Shown here piece by piece: positions 30,537-40,482 of a stretch of 64,000 nt of DNA. The translations under genes and the position numbers were made by a program. The stretch is taken from contig JAEOSU010000051.1 in assembly GCA_016840165.1 (NCBI GenBank), positions 64,001 through 128,000 on the forward strand. The letters are read 5' to 3'. The notes beneath the pieces were generated by a model that saw only the letters and a program-made list of their open reading frames with translations, made no database searches and was not told where the DNA came from. The first letter of the stretch is position 1, and every line of letters begins with the position of its first letter. This DNA is from Promethearchaeota archaeon (GTDB lineage: Archaea; Asgardarchaeota; Lokiarchaeia; Sigyniarchaeales; SOKP01).

Positions 30537-30998
30537 ATGGATAAAGATGCTTTAAAATTTTTTCATGCTTATATCAATGAAATGATTGAGGTTGGGGGAG
30601 AGAATCTCCCGAGAGCCGTATCAACAAAACTGGGTTCTAAATTAGGTGAATTATACAAAAAGCGCGGTTGGAATACTACAATTGAAGCCGCATTAAAAAG
30701 AAGTTATAAAGTATTAGGAGCAACTCCCACTATTAGAAAATTAGATGAATCTACCTATGAAGTATCTATAAAACATTCCAAAAAATTTTGTCCAATAGGT
30801 GGGAAAAGTAATCCTTCTCAAGCAACTATCATTCAAGATAACATCTGCTATCCCTATACTAAAAGCTTTTTAATAACTATGTTCCCTAAATATGAATTTC
30901 ATGCGAACATTAATCGGTGTATATTAGCAGATAATGACAGATATTGTAAATATACACTTAAAGTCTCAGATAAAAATAATCAAGCTAAAAAACTCTAA
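30537..30998 (+). CDS. V4R/methanogen-output-domain-like small ligand-binding protein
   Basis: Helical N-half, then FCPIG...NICYPY...RCIL...YCKYTL four-Cys arrangement. Confidence 0.5.
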   Translation: MDKDALKFFHAYINEMIEVGGENLPRAVSTKLGSKLGELYKKRGWNTTIEAALKRSYKVLGATPTIRKLDESTYEVSIKHSKKFCPIGGKSNPSQATIIQDNICYPYTKSFLITMFPKYEFHANINRCILADNDRYCKYTLKVSDKNNQAKKL

Positions 30999-31060
30999 AT
31001 TTATTCTTATTTCTCTTTACTTTTTATCATTAATTTTAAATTAGATCCGTAATTATTCAA

Positions 31061-31362
31061 TCTCGGACAAGTTGGGCAACGTCTGAAGTCCCTTGCTGGA
31101 CGGACCGCAAAATGCTCATAGCGGAAATTGCCTGGTTTCAGGTTTCATGAGTTATTGCCATCCATTATTATATCCTGTCGAAGCGTCGGCTACATAGGCG
31201 GGTCGCAGAGTAGTACCTTTTGTAGGAAAGGTATAAGCTCATAATGCCAAACCCGGTCAGGCCAGGGATGGAGCAACCGTAAGACTAGTGGTTCGCGCTT
31301 TGTAGTGTCAGGCGTGGAGGGATATGATATCAATGAGCTTGGTGATAGTATTGAACCCGAGA
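31061..31362 (+). ncRNA. ffs: Archaeal signal recognition particle (7S) RNA
   Basis: ~300 nt GC-rich island; ends pair (TCTCGG/CCGAGA); helix 6 TACCTTTT-GTAG-GAAAGGTA with GNAR loop; helix 8 CGGTCAGG-CCA-GGGA-TGG-AGCAACCG with the SRP54-binding motif. Confidence 0.9.
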
Positions 31363-31412
31363 ATCAGGTTTTTTATCTAACTTCTTTTTATTTCTTATAT
31401 CCAAGATTTTAC

Positions 31413-31982
31413 TCAAAAAGATGATAAATAGCGGTAAATATTTATTGCTAAATATTTAAAAATATACTTTAGGTTTCCACTATGAGAAAGGATTATTTTA
31501 AAATAGGGGGCATTCATATAATTAGAAATTTCTAATATCTTATGCAGTTTTATTCTTTCTTTCTCATGAACATCATTTTTAATCCCAAGTAGTATATGTG
31601 GAATTTTTTGTAATCCGTAGTTTATAACATTTTTATTCCAGAATTTTAATTTTGAAAAGCTACTAGGAATGGATAAATTAAATGTAAAAATAACACCATT
31701 TGCACCATTGAAGTAAGGGCGATGAAGCATGGAAAATTGAGGTTGACCTGCTACATCCCAAAACATTAGATTTGCAACAGTGTTTTCATCCAGATTAATT
31801 GGTTCCTTAAGAATATTCACTCCTACAGTTGACAAATATCTTTCCTTAAATTGATTTTTAGCAAACTTAGTAAGAAGACTTGTTTTACCAACTGCGGGAT
31901 CCGCGATCACGATAACTTTATAGATTGCTTCGGTTCTCCCCTGAAATACAATATTACTATTTAGTAACTGCATCAATTTCAA
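31413..31982 (-). CDS. Rab-like small GTPase with degenerate G4/G5
   Basis: YKVIVIADPAVGKTSLL, YLSTVG, FWDVAGQ, YFNGA; G4 reads GIKND and no SAK motif. Confidence 0.8.
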   Translation of the reverse strand: MKLMQLLNSNIVFQGRTEAIYKVIVIADPAVGKTSLLTKFAKNQFKERYLSTVGVNILKEPINLDENTVANLMFWDVAGQPQFSMLHRPYFNGANGVIFTFNLSIPSSFSKLKFWNKNVINYGLQKIPHILLGIKNDVHEKERIKLHKILEISNYMNAPYFKIILSHSGNLKYIFKYLAINIYRYLSSF

Positions 31983-32150
31983 GAAGATAGATTTAGCTCT
32001 ACTTAATTAGAAAATATTCTAAATCTATATAAAAAGCTTATTACTTAATATAAAAATAAAGGTTGTTTTCCTAGTTTTTTCCTTCTTAGGATTCTATGGG
32101 CAATTTTTAATTTTTTACTTACAGCACTTCAGTTTTTCTGATATTGATAA

Positions 32151-32312
32151 TTATAATTTCCTTGCTGTTTTCTTGCTGAGATCTCTCTTTAGAATTGAAA
32201 TGAACTCTTTGGTGTCTGGAAAAATGTAGGTTATTTCCCCATCGTCATTATCAATAGTGATTTCTTTATAAAAACTTCCTTTAACTTTGGTATTTAAATC
32301 ATTATATCGCAT
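32151..32312 (-). CDS. Hypothetical 53-aa protein (below the ORF-track cutoff)
   Basis: MRYNDLNTKVKGSFYKEITIDNDDGEITYIFPDTKEFISILKRDLSKKTARKL*; protein-like composition in an otherwise empty gap. Confidence 0.35.
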   Translation of the reverse strand: MRYNDLNTKVKGSFYKEITIDNDDGEITYIFPDTKEFISILKRDLSKKTARKL

Positions 32313-32492
32313 ATTTCATTAGATCGAACTCAGTACTCAAAAAGCCTCATAATATGGATATAATATCTCATTTATTTTTCTCCGTATATAGTAAAATGAT
32401 TACTTATTTTTCATAATACAATAGTATTAAAGTAAAATCAACACTTATAGTAGCTCAGAACTACTTAAAATTTTTAATAAATTAGAGATTGA

Positions 32493-33602
32493 TTGTTAAT
32501 GAATGACGAAATTGTTTATTTAGATGCAAAAACTCTCCAAAACTTCATGAGAGATGTCTTTATAGGATTGAGTTTACCAAAAGAAGATGCTGAAATCATT
32601 TCAGAAGTTTTAATTGCTTCAGATCTTAGAGGTATCGATACTCATGGAATTCAGCGTTGCAAGATGTATTATGATCGTATAAAGCAAGGTATTTATGAAG
32701 TCAAGACAAAAATTGATATTATTAAGGATGATCAAGCTACTGCCTTATGGGATGGTAATTGTGGAATGGGTCACGTAATTGCTTATAAAGCAATGAAGAC
32801 TGCAATAGAGAAAGCTAAAAAGTATGGTCTTGGGGCGGTTGCCGTTCGCAATTCAACCCATTTCGGTATTGCAGGCTATTATTCTTTAATGGCAATTAAA
32901 GAGGGGATGATTGGATTAGCGGTAACAAACGCCCGGCCATCGATCCCCCCTACTTTCGGAGTTGAACCCATGCTTGGTACTAATCCATTAACTGTTGGAG
33001 CTCCCACCGATGAGAAATTCCCGTTTTTAATAGACTGTGCTACCAGTATCATTCAAAGGGGTAAAGTAGAATTATACAGTAGAGTTGATAAACCTATGCC
33101 AGAAAATACCGTAGTGGGGGATGATGGGAACTTTCTCCGAGATCCTAATGAAATACTCGATTTAATGCTCCAACGGAAAGCAGCACTTCTACCACTAGGA
33201 GGAAAAGGAGAGGAAACTGCGGGTTATAAGGGTTATGGATATGCCACGGTTGTTGAATTATTATCTGCTGCATTACAAGAGGGCATATTTTTACGAGATA
33301 CTCTTGGAATCGAAGAGAATGGGCAAAAACGGTTAAAAGTTGGACACTTTTTCTTAGCGATAAATACGGAATTTTTTGCGGGATTGGATGCTTTTAAATT
33401 AACAGCAGGGAATATTATGAGAAGTCTTAGAAGTGCGAAGAAAGATCCAAATGCTGAAAGAATCTATACCGCAGGTGAAAAAGAATACATGGCTGAACTT
33501 GAACGAGGAACCAAAGGGATTCCTCTAAATCAAAGCCTTCAAGAGGACATAAAAGTAATGAAAGAAGAGCTTGGGTTAGATAGTTACAAATTTCCCTTCT
33601 AA
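32493..33602 (+). CDS. Ldh_2 family (type 2 malate/L-lactate dehydrogenase-like) oxidoreductase, paralog 1
   Basis: SDLRGIDTHG, RNSTHFGIAGYY, LGTNPL, DCATS, GYKGYG. Confidence 0.92.
   Translation: MLMNDEIVYLDAKTLQNFMRDVFIGLSLPKEDAEIISEVLIASDLRGIDTHGIQRCKMYYDRIKQGIYEVKTKIDIIKDDQATALWDGNCGMGHVIAYKAMKTAIEKAKKYGLGAVAVRNSTHFGIAGYYSLMAIKEGMIGLAVTNARPSIPPTFGVEPMLGTNPLTVGAPTDEKFPFLIDCATSIIQRGKVELYSRVDKPMPENTVVGDDGNFLRDPNEILDLMLQRKAALLPLGGKGEETAGYKGYGYATVVELLSAALQEGIFLRDTLGIEENGQKRLKVGHFFLAINTEFFAGLDAFKLTAGNIMRSLRSAKKDPNAERIYTAGEKEYMAELERGTKGIPLNQSLQEDIKVMKEELGLDSYKFPF
33459..33602 (+). repeat. Direct repeat copy A (last 48 codons of the Ldh_2 gene)
   Basis: Ungapped alignment to 35063-35206; 41/47 encoded residues identical. 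Confidence 0.9.
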
Positions 33603-33728
33603 AACCATTTTTTTAAATTAATTGTTTTTAGTCTCTTTCTCTCTTCTATAGAAATTTAAAACTCAAAGATTTATATACGCTTTTTCTTATATACATAATA
33701 ATTCTCTAAAATTTATAAGGAGAGAATA

Positions 33729-34931
33729 ATGAGGCGAAAGAAAAGGATATTTAAATATATTCTAATTTGGACTTTAATATTTGAAATATTATTTACCAAT
33801 GGAGCTAATTTATTTATTTCAGATGGTTTTTCTAATAGTAATAATACCGTCAGGGTATATGAAGTGGGAGATTTTGTAAATTCTGTTGCTATATCATACA
33901 ATGGAGAATATATAGTAGTGGGAAGTAAAGATAATTATGTGTATCTTTTTAATAATACCAGCAACACACCTATATGGAACTATGATACATTAGGAGAAGT
34001 ACAGAAAGTGTCAATGTCATTTAATGGAGATTTTATTACAGTAGGAAGTATAAATGGAAGAGTATATCTCTTCGAAAAAAACCATTCAACACCTTTATGG
34101 TATTATTGTTGTGCGCAGGGACCAATTATTTCGGATGATGGACAATATATTATTACAGGAGGATACTTTGATGATCAACTCTATTTTTTGAATAAAACAA
34201 GCAATGAACCTCTTTGGAACTATACAACAGCAAGTACCTGGCCATTTGGGACTCTATCATCGAATGGACAGTATATCGTCATCGGAGATTATAAAAATGT
34301 CAGTCTATTCGATAAAACAAATCCTATACCTTTATGGTCTTATGAAACAGAAGATGAAGTCAATGATATTGCCATTTCCTCCGATGGTCTATATATTGTT
34401 TCAGCCAGTTGGCATGGTAATGTTTACTTTTTCAATAGATCAAGTCCTAATCCTTTATGGACATTTTCACCTGAAGGAAATTCAAGATGGGTATCTATCT
34501 CATCTGATGGAAGATATGTCGTTGCTGCTGATCTTTATAATATATATCTATTCAATAGCTCAAATTCTAATCCATTATGGTCTCGTTCTATTGAAGTATA
34601 TGTGAGAGATATATCAATCTCCTCCGATGGTCAGTATATCGCTGTTGGAACCAACGGGGGGAAAGTATATCTTTTTAATAATACAAGTAGTATTCCTATT
34701 TGGAGTTTTTCTGTAGGGGATTATGTTCGTTCATTAGAAATTTCATCAAATGGTCAATACATTACTGCTGGAACTGCGAATAAAGTCTATCTGATACCTA
34801 GATCTTATAAACCACCACCCGATTATTCCTTGGTATGGATAATAATAATTTCAAGTATTAGTATTGGTGCCCTCGCTGTTGTGATCTACTTATTATACAA
34901 TATAGTGCATAGACGTAGAGTAAATGATTAA
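33729..34931 (+). CDS. Membrane-anchored 8-bladed WD40/PQQ-like beta-propeller surface protein
   Basis: Signal peptide; eight V..V.IS.DG.YI..G....VYLF.....P.W repeats; multiple N-x-S/T sequons; PPP linker + TM + RRR. Confidence 0.85.
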   Translation: MRRKKRIFKYILIWTLIFEILFTNGANLFISDGFSNSNNTVRVYEVGDFVNSVAISYNGEYIVVGSKDNYVYLFNNTSNTPIWNYDTLGEVQKVSMSFNGDFITVGSINGRVYLFEKNHSTPLWYYCCAQGPIISDDGQYIITGGYFDDQLYFLNKTSNEPLWNYTTASTWPFGTLSSNGQYIVIGDYKNVSLFDKTNPIPLWSYETEDEVNDIAISSDGLYIVSASWHGNVYFFNRSSPNPLWTFSPEGNSRWVSISSDGRYVVAADLYNIYLFNSSNSNPLWSRSIEVYVRDISISSDGQYIAVGTNGGKVYLFNNTSSIPIWSFSVGDYVRSLEISSNGQYITAGTANKVYLIPRSYKPPPDYSLVWIIIISSISIGALAVVIYLLYNIVHRRRVND

Positions 34932-35062
34932 AATTTAAGTTAATTTTAACATTTTCATTTTTTTATTAAAAATAAGTATTCATTAAGGTTTTTTGTATAT
35001 AGTTTCTCCCCTTATTATTGTCTCTAAAACTCCAATCTTCTTTACTTGCCGTTAACAATGCA

Positions 35063-35206
35063 AGGATATACACAGCTGGAGAAAAAGAATTTTTGGCTGA
35101 ACTCGAACGAGGAACTAAAGGGATTCCTCTAAATAGAAGTCTTCAAGAGGATATTAAAGTAATGAAAAAAGAGCTTGGCTTAGGTAATTATAAATTTCCT
35201 TTTTAA
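35063..35206 (+). pseudogene. Orphan 3' fragment of an Ldh_2 gene (direct repeat copy B)
   Basis: RIYTAGEKEFLAELERGTKGIPLNRSLQEDIKVMKKELGLGNYKFPF*; sequence upstream is unrelated to Ldh_2. Confidence 0.85.
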
Positions 35207-35221
35207 ATCCATTTTTTTATA

Positions 35222-36328
35222 TTACTTGTTTTTTAACTTTTTCCTCTCTTCTATAATTTTTTGGTGCAATTCCTCTACAGTTAAAGGAGGCACATTTTGT
35301 TGCTGTTTTCTATGCAAGTTTATTGCTTCCGAAGGACAGCTTATAACACAATTTCCACATCCAATGCATCTTTTTAAATTAACTGAAGAAATATCATTTT
35401 CAAGTGAAATTGCTTCCATTTGACATCTATCTTCGCAAATACCACATCCAATACATAAATCTTCATTAATTACTGCATAATAATTACTTGTTGTAAAATC
35501 CGCCGGATTTGGGAGCCTTTTAAGATTAGCTATGGTTCCACAACAACAATAACAACAACTACATACAAAATCCATTTTCTGGGTGTTCCCAGGTCGAAAA
35601 ATTAATCCCTCCTCTTCGTTTTGACGTAAATAACCAACTGCTTCTTGCTTTGAGATTTCTCTACCCCATCCTTGTTCTATATACATTTTTGCTAAATCGC
35701 CAAACGCCATACATACTTCTCTGCGATCAGTCATTCTGCATGGATCACCAAGTAAATCTTGTGTTTGACGACAAACACAGTTGGTTATTAAAAATGGGCC
35801 CTCTGATTCTTGAAATAGTTTTTTAATATTATCATAACTCAATATTTCATTACTGTAATCTACTTCAATACCCACTGGTATCATGCGCATTTGGGGGATA
35901 TCAATATCCCTATTGGCGGGTCCCCAACCTTCTTGTAGATATTGCTCAAAATCCTCTAAAAATCCTTTGCTTAATTTATTTACTTGTAATTCATATATAC
36001 CAAGTATTAACAAGGCGTTAGCATATGATTTAATACCATTTACTATAGCACCCATTATCGCCCCTTTTTTTACCATATTATCCAAATACTTTTTTAGTTC
36101 CTTTAATGAATATCCTAAATCTTTCACATAGCTATGAATTTCATTCAAGGACATGAAATTAGTATATGACCCGAAATGTCCACATTTCAAAAATAGAGCG
36201 ATTTCAGCTTCTTGTGGACTGAATAGCCGCTTTAATAATCGAATTTCAACTCCTGATTCAGTGGGAGGAAATCCTAAAGGAAAGCTGTCAAAATGTTGCT
36301 GTAGTTTTCTATAGATTTCTTCAGACAT
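35222..36328 (-). CDS. 4Fe-4S dicluster protein with N-terminal wHTH-like region
   Basis: FPPTESGVEIRLLKRLFSPQEAE, CVCR, CSCCYCCCG, C-terminal CIGCGICEDRC and CIGCGNCVISC. Confidence 0.85.
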   Translation of the reverse strand: MSEEIYRKLQQHFDSFPLGFPPTESGVEIRLLKRLFSPQEAEIALFLKCGHFGSYTNFMSLNEIHSYVKDLGYSLKELKKYLDNMVKKGAIMGAIVNGIKSYANALLILGIYELQVNKLSKGFLEDFEQYLQEGWGPANRDIDIPQMRMIPVGIEVDYSNEILSYDNIKKLFQESEGPFLITNCVCRQTQDLLGDPCRMTDRREVCMAFGDLAKMYIEQGWGREISKQEAVGYLRQNEEEGLIFRPGNTQKMDFVCSCCYCCCGTIANLKRLPNPADFTTSNYYAVINEDLCIGCGICEDRCQMEAISLENDISSVNLKRCIGCGNCVISCPSEAINLHRKQQQNVPPLTVEELHQKIIEERKKLKNK

Positions 36329-36548
36329 TAGATTCTTTCTCCTTAACTTTATTTAATTTAAAGTTAATTTGGTTAAAAAAATATTTTAAAATTATTTATT
36401 CAATATAAAAAAAGGTCTTAAATTGAGGATTTAAATATTTATCACTAATTTTCACATTCTATTAATTAGGAATTAATTAAAATAGATAGCTTTCTAATTA
36501 AACCTAATTCAATGTTTTAACATTCTGTCTATGAAAAATAAATCATGA

Positions 36549-37697
36549 TTGAATATGACCGAAACCGAGCCTGATGAAGAGACTAGAAAACTCCATTCAA
36601 ATGAAATCATTCATGTAAAACCTGAACTCTTAAATAACTTTATGATTGACACCTTTAAAGGATTAGGAGTTCCGAAAAAGGATGCAAAAATCTTGGCTGA
36701 TGTACTCCTCACTTCAGATCTTAGAGGAATTGATACTCATGGAACACAACGCTTAAAGATGTACTATGATCGTATACGAAATGGTATTTATAACAAAAGA
36801 ACCAAAATTGAAATAATAAAAGAAACCCCTACCACAGCGGTGATAGATGGTAATTTTGGGTTAGGTCCCGTGATTGCTTATAAATCTATGAAATTAGCTA
36901 TAAAGAAGGCAAAAACATATGGAATTGGTTCAGTTGCCACCCGAAATTCCACACATTTTGGTATTGCGGGTTATTACTCTCTTATGGCAATTAAAGAGGG
37001 GATGATCGGAATAACAACCACTAACACCCGACCGATGGTACCTCCTACATTTGGAGTTGAACCTCTACTTGGAACCAATCCTTTGGCTATGGGAGCTCCT
37101 AGCGATGAAGTTTTTCCGTTTATTATCGACTGTGCAACAAGTATAATTCAAAGGGGAAAAGTAGAAGTATATAATAGACTAAATCAGCCTGTCCCAGAGG
37201 GATTAATTATAACAAAAAGTGGTAAATCTGAAAACAATCCTGGAAATGTTTTACATGATTTAAATGCTTCTTCCGCAGCTCTACTTCCCTTAGGGGGAAA
37301 AGGAGAAAATACATCGGGACATAAAGGGTACGGATATGCCACCTTTATAGAGATCCTTTCTTCTGCTCTACAAGAAGGAGTTTTCTTAAGAGATACTGCT
37401 GGTATTTATGTAAATGGAAATAAGAAGTTGCCAGTGGGACACTTTTTCTTAGCAATGAATTTAGAAAATTTTATAGGTTTAGATTCTTTTAAGCATACTA
37501 CTGGAAGGATTCTACGCACACTAAGAAATTCAAAAAAAGAACCTGGAGCGAAAAGGATATATACGGCTGGAGAAAAAGAATATTATTTTGAAATCGAAAG
37601 GAAAGAAAAGGGTATTCCTATTAATAGCAGTCTTCAAAAAGATATAAAAGCAATTCAAGAAGATTTAGGTTTGGATAAATATAATTTTCCATTTTAA
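36549..37697 (+). CDS. Ldh_2 family oxidoreductase, paralog 2
   Basis: SDLRGIDTHG, RNSTHFGIAGYY, LGTNPL, GHKGYG; close paralog of 32493-33602. Confidence 0.92.
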   Translation: MNMTETEPDEETRKLHSNEIIHVKPELLNNFMIDTFKGLGVPKKDAKILADVLLTSDLRGIDTHGTQRLKMYYDRIRNGIYNKRTKIEIIKETPTTAVIDGNFGLGPVIAYKSMKLAIKKAKTYGIGSVATRNSTHFGIAGYYSLMAIKEGMIGITTTNTRPMVPPTFGVEPLLGTNPLAMGAPSDEVFPFIIDCATSIIQRGKVEVYNRLNQPVPEGLIITKSGKSENNPGNVLHDLNASSAALLPLGGKGENTSGHKGYGYATFIEILSSALQEGVFLRDTAGIYVNGNKKLPVGHFFLAMNLENFIGLDSFKHTTGRILRTLRNSKKEPGAKRIYTAGEKEYYFEIERKEKGIPINSSLQKDIKAIQEDLGLDKYNFPF

Positions 37698-37712
37698 CTT
37701 TAACTGACTAAT

Positions 37713-39137
37713 TTAATACTCATTATTTACTGGTTCTGAATGAATAATAATTTCTTTTAGATTTTCTAAAAATAGATTCTTTTTTAGTTTTTGTTCAATA
37801 TCCGAAATTAAATCATGAACTTTACTAATATTAAGGTTTCCATCAAATAACACATGTAATTCCAAGATACATGATCCTAACGCATTCCAAACTTCTATTT
37901 TATGATAATCTTTGACTTCTGGGATGGTTTTTAAGATTTTTCCAATTTCTTCCTTTATATGAGTCAAAGCTTCGGGTTCAAGGCTAGTACAAATTAATTC
38001 ACTTCTTGGTATTTGATTAAGCGGTTTTGCTTCTATATGGGTAATAATTCTCGAAATCCTGGGTACTTGTTCCTTTAAAAGCGTCTCAAATTTATGACAC
38101 ACATTATGTGCTTCTGCTAATGTAAGATTTTCATCTACGACAATAGAGAGAGAAACGTAATAATCTTGTTCAATTCTAAAGATATTTAAATCTTTTACAT
38201 CACTGATCTCAGAAAATTCACTCTTAATGGTATATAGCAAGTTTATTATAGTATCGCTCAAGGAGGCTTCGCTAGAAAGAGGATTCATTTCAATTATTGC
38301 TTCTACGTTATAAATCGGAAAATAAGATCTCCCTAATTCTCTAACAAATTTGGATATCTCATTTGCATGAACAATAGAGATATGATCTTCGACTAATAAA
38401 CTCAACTCTAAGAAAAGATTCTTATTACTTGCCCTTACTTTTAGATCCTCAACAGAAATAACGTGTTCTAATTCATTTATCTCACTTTTCATGCTTTCTA
38501 AGATTTGCATATCTATAGGATTTACATCGATTAAATTTTTAACACCTTCTCTTGATAACTTAAATGCACTAAAAATGATCCAGATTGACAAGGCTATACT
38601 GAAGTATGTATCGAAAATCTTAAGATCAAAGAACAACACCAAAAAAAAATTTATTATAACAATAACTGCTCTCATTGCGTCTTGGAATAAATTTAATCCT
38701 TGGACTCTTAAGGCTAAACTCTCTTTTTTTTTTCCTTGAAATATTAAGTATCTTGAGAAAGCAAGATTAATACCAAAAGATATTAATATTAGAAAAAATC
38801 CAATATCCGCATTAACCACTTCGTAAGACTGCGAAATAATTGAATTTATCGCATTAACGATTAAAAGAACGTAGATATTAATGAGGATAATTCCTTGAAT
38901 CATGGCTCCTACTGAATCAATCTTGGAATGACCATACATATGCTCAAAATCAGGAGGCTTTTGACTCTGGTAAAGTGCAAATATCGTTAAAGAGACAAAA
39001 AAGATATCAGTAAGAGTATCAACAGTTTCAGATAGGAAGCTAAGACTGCCTGTTATTAGGACTCCTATTAACTTTATGGAAGACTGAATTAAAATTATAA
39101 TTAACGCAAGAAAACCAAATTTTACTATAGTATTCAT
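37713..39137 (-). CDS. Cation diffusion facilitator with three tandem cytoplasmic dimerisation domains
   Basis: TM domain with HMYGHSKID; three C-terminal repeats each containing H (AN/NV/DL) and ending IEMNP / THIEA / IHSEP. Confidence 0.87.
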   Translation of the reverse strand: MNTIVKFGFLALIIILIQSSIKLIGVLITGSLSFLSETVDTLTDIFFVSLTIFALYQSQKPPDFEHMYGHSKIDSVGAMIQGIILINIYVLLIVNAINSIISQSYEVVNADIGFFLILISFGINLAFSRYLIFQGKKKESLALRVQGLNLFQDAMRAVIVIINFFLVLFFDLKIFDTYFSIALSIWIIFSAFKLSREGVKNLIDVNPIDMQILESMKSEINELEHVISVEDLKVRASNKNLFLELSLLVEDHISIVHANEISKFVRELGRSYFPIYNVEAIIEMNPLSSEASLSDTIINLLYTIKSEFSEISDVKDLNIFRIEQDYYVSLSIVVDENLTLAEAHNVCHKFETLLKEQVPRISRIITHIEAKPLNQIPRSELICTSLEPEALTHIKEEIGKILKTIPEVKDYHKIEVWNALGSCILELHVLFDGNLNISKVHDLISDIEQKLKKNLFLENLKEIIIHSEPVNNEY

Positions 39138-39249
39138 ATCATAGGAACGAAGTATTTGAATTCGTTAAAGGAACTAAAGATATAAAATAAAATAAATTTT
39201 TGTTAAAGATTCTATGACTAGAAACTAAATAAAGTGAAAAAAAAATAAA

Positions 39250-40482
39250 TTATTGATCTTTAGGCACTTTAATTTCAATATCAGAAAGAGGGTAAGAACT
39301 ACAAGGATGAATATATCCATATTTTTTGTCCGCGGCTCGCCTCCAATCCGAAATCGGGTTGACGAAGACTTCACCGGAAATTAATTGCGATCGGCAAAAC
39401 CCACACTCACCTGAGCGACATTTTGAAGGAGGCGCAAACTTTGCTCTTTCCATTGCGACAATTAAAGATTCTGTAGCTAATGCGGGGATTTCTTCTGTCA
39501 ATTCCCCCATATGAACAATCATCTTAAAGGATTTTTCAGCAAGTTCTTGGGGATATCCAGGAAGTCCAACCACATCCTTAACTTCTCCAAAAGCTTCTCT
39601 TCTAATACGTCTTAATGCAAGATTAAATTGTTCTAATTCCTTCTCAACGAAATTGTACATAATCTGTGGACCACATAAGAAAATAGAACTATTATCGATA
39701 TTGCAATGCTTTCTAATAATATCAGCAGTGATAAACCCTTGTTCACAACCTTCTAATGAAACCACTTCACAGCTTAAAATGTATATTATCTTGAATTTCT
39801 CTGGATATTTTTTTTCTAACGCTTTAAGTTCGTCGTAGTAAATAATATCATCCTCATTACTACTGCCATATAATAAGGTTAATTTCGCGTCAATTGTATT
39901 CTCAATAATCGCTTTTGCGATTGAACGAAAGGGAGTAATCCCCGAGCCACCTGCTATACCTACAATTTGTTTGGAATCTCTTAAGCGATCAAAGTAGAAA
40001 AAGCCTTCAGGCCCAGAACTTTCAATCTGCGTACCAACTTCCCAATGATCCCAAATATAAGATGTTAAAAATCCAGCTTCTTCCTTTCTAATGGTCAATT
40101 CATAAAAACCCTTAAGCGCATCATTAGGAGAAGATGCAATTGAATAAGGTCTCGTTATTTCTGTTCCATTTACATTAACTTTCAAGCTTAAATATTGCCC
40201 TGGCCTGAAGTAAGCGAGCTCAGTTGTACCCAAATCTTTATTTGGTATCAATTTAAAAGTTTTTGTGCTCTTTGTCTCATTTTTTATGCTCTTAATAATT
40301 AAAAATTGTCGAATAGGATGAAGCTTAGTAGCTAATTCATTCATAGGATCTGTTGTGATAGGTTCACTAGATGCTTTTTCAAAACGTTTCTTTCTACTTG
40401 TAGATAATTTCATAAAGGCAAGTAAATCGCGTGAAGTGCTTTTAATAGTAACATCCAATCTTTTATTATCTTCTTGATTCAT
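39250..40482 (-). CDS. FNR-type FAD/NAD(P) reductase with C-terminal [2Fe-2S] ferredoxin, copy 1
   Basis: FRPGQY, RPYSIASSP, AGGSGITPF, LCGPQ, E.FG, CRSGECGFC...C; start overlaps the upstream stop codon. Confidence 0.9.
   Translation of the reverse strand: MNQEDNKRLDVTIKSTSRDLLAFMKLSTSRKKRFEKASSEPITTDPMNELATKLHPIRQFLIIKSIKNETKSTKTFKLIPNKDLGTTELAYFRPGQYLSLKVNVNGTEITRPYSIASSPNDALKGFYELTIRKEEAGFLTSYIWDHWEVGTQIESSGPEGFFYFDRLRDSKQIVGIAGGSGITPFRSIAKAIIENTIDAKLTLLYGSSNEDDIIYYDELKALEKKYPEKFKIIYILSCEVVSLEGCEQGFITADIIRKHCNIDNSSIFLCGPQIMYNFVEKELEQFNLALRRIRREAFGEVKDVVGLPGYPQELAEKSFKMIVHMGELTEEIPALATESLIVAMERAKFAPPSKCRSGECGFCRSQLISGEVFVNPISDWRRAADKKYGYIHPCSSYPLSDIEIKVPKDQ

Noticed and set aside
31061-31362. 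GC-rich island as tRNA, RNase P RNA or mobile element
   Set aside because: No cloverleaf, RNase P P4 consensus or terminal inverted repeats with target duplication; helix 6 and helix 8 motifs identify SRP RNA
33459-35206. Repeat pair as a diversity-generating retroelement TR/VR
   Set aside because: Differences are not adenine-specific (many C/T and G/C changes), are mostly synonymous, and no reverse transcriptase is present in the window
35018-35206. 62-aa ORF as an independent gene
   Set aside because: Only the last 47 residues are Ldh_2-derived; the first ~15 codons appear to be fortuitous open frame
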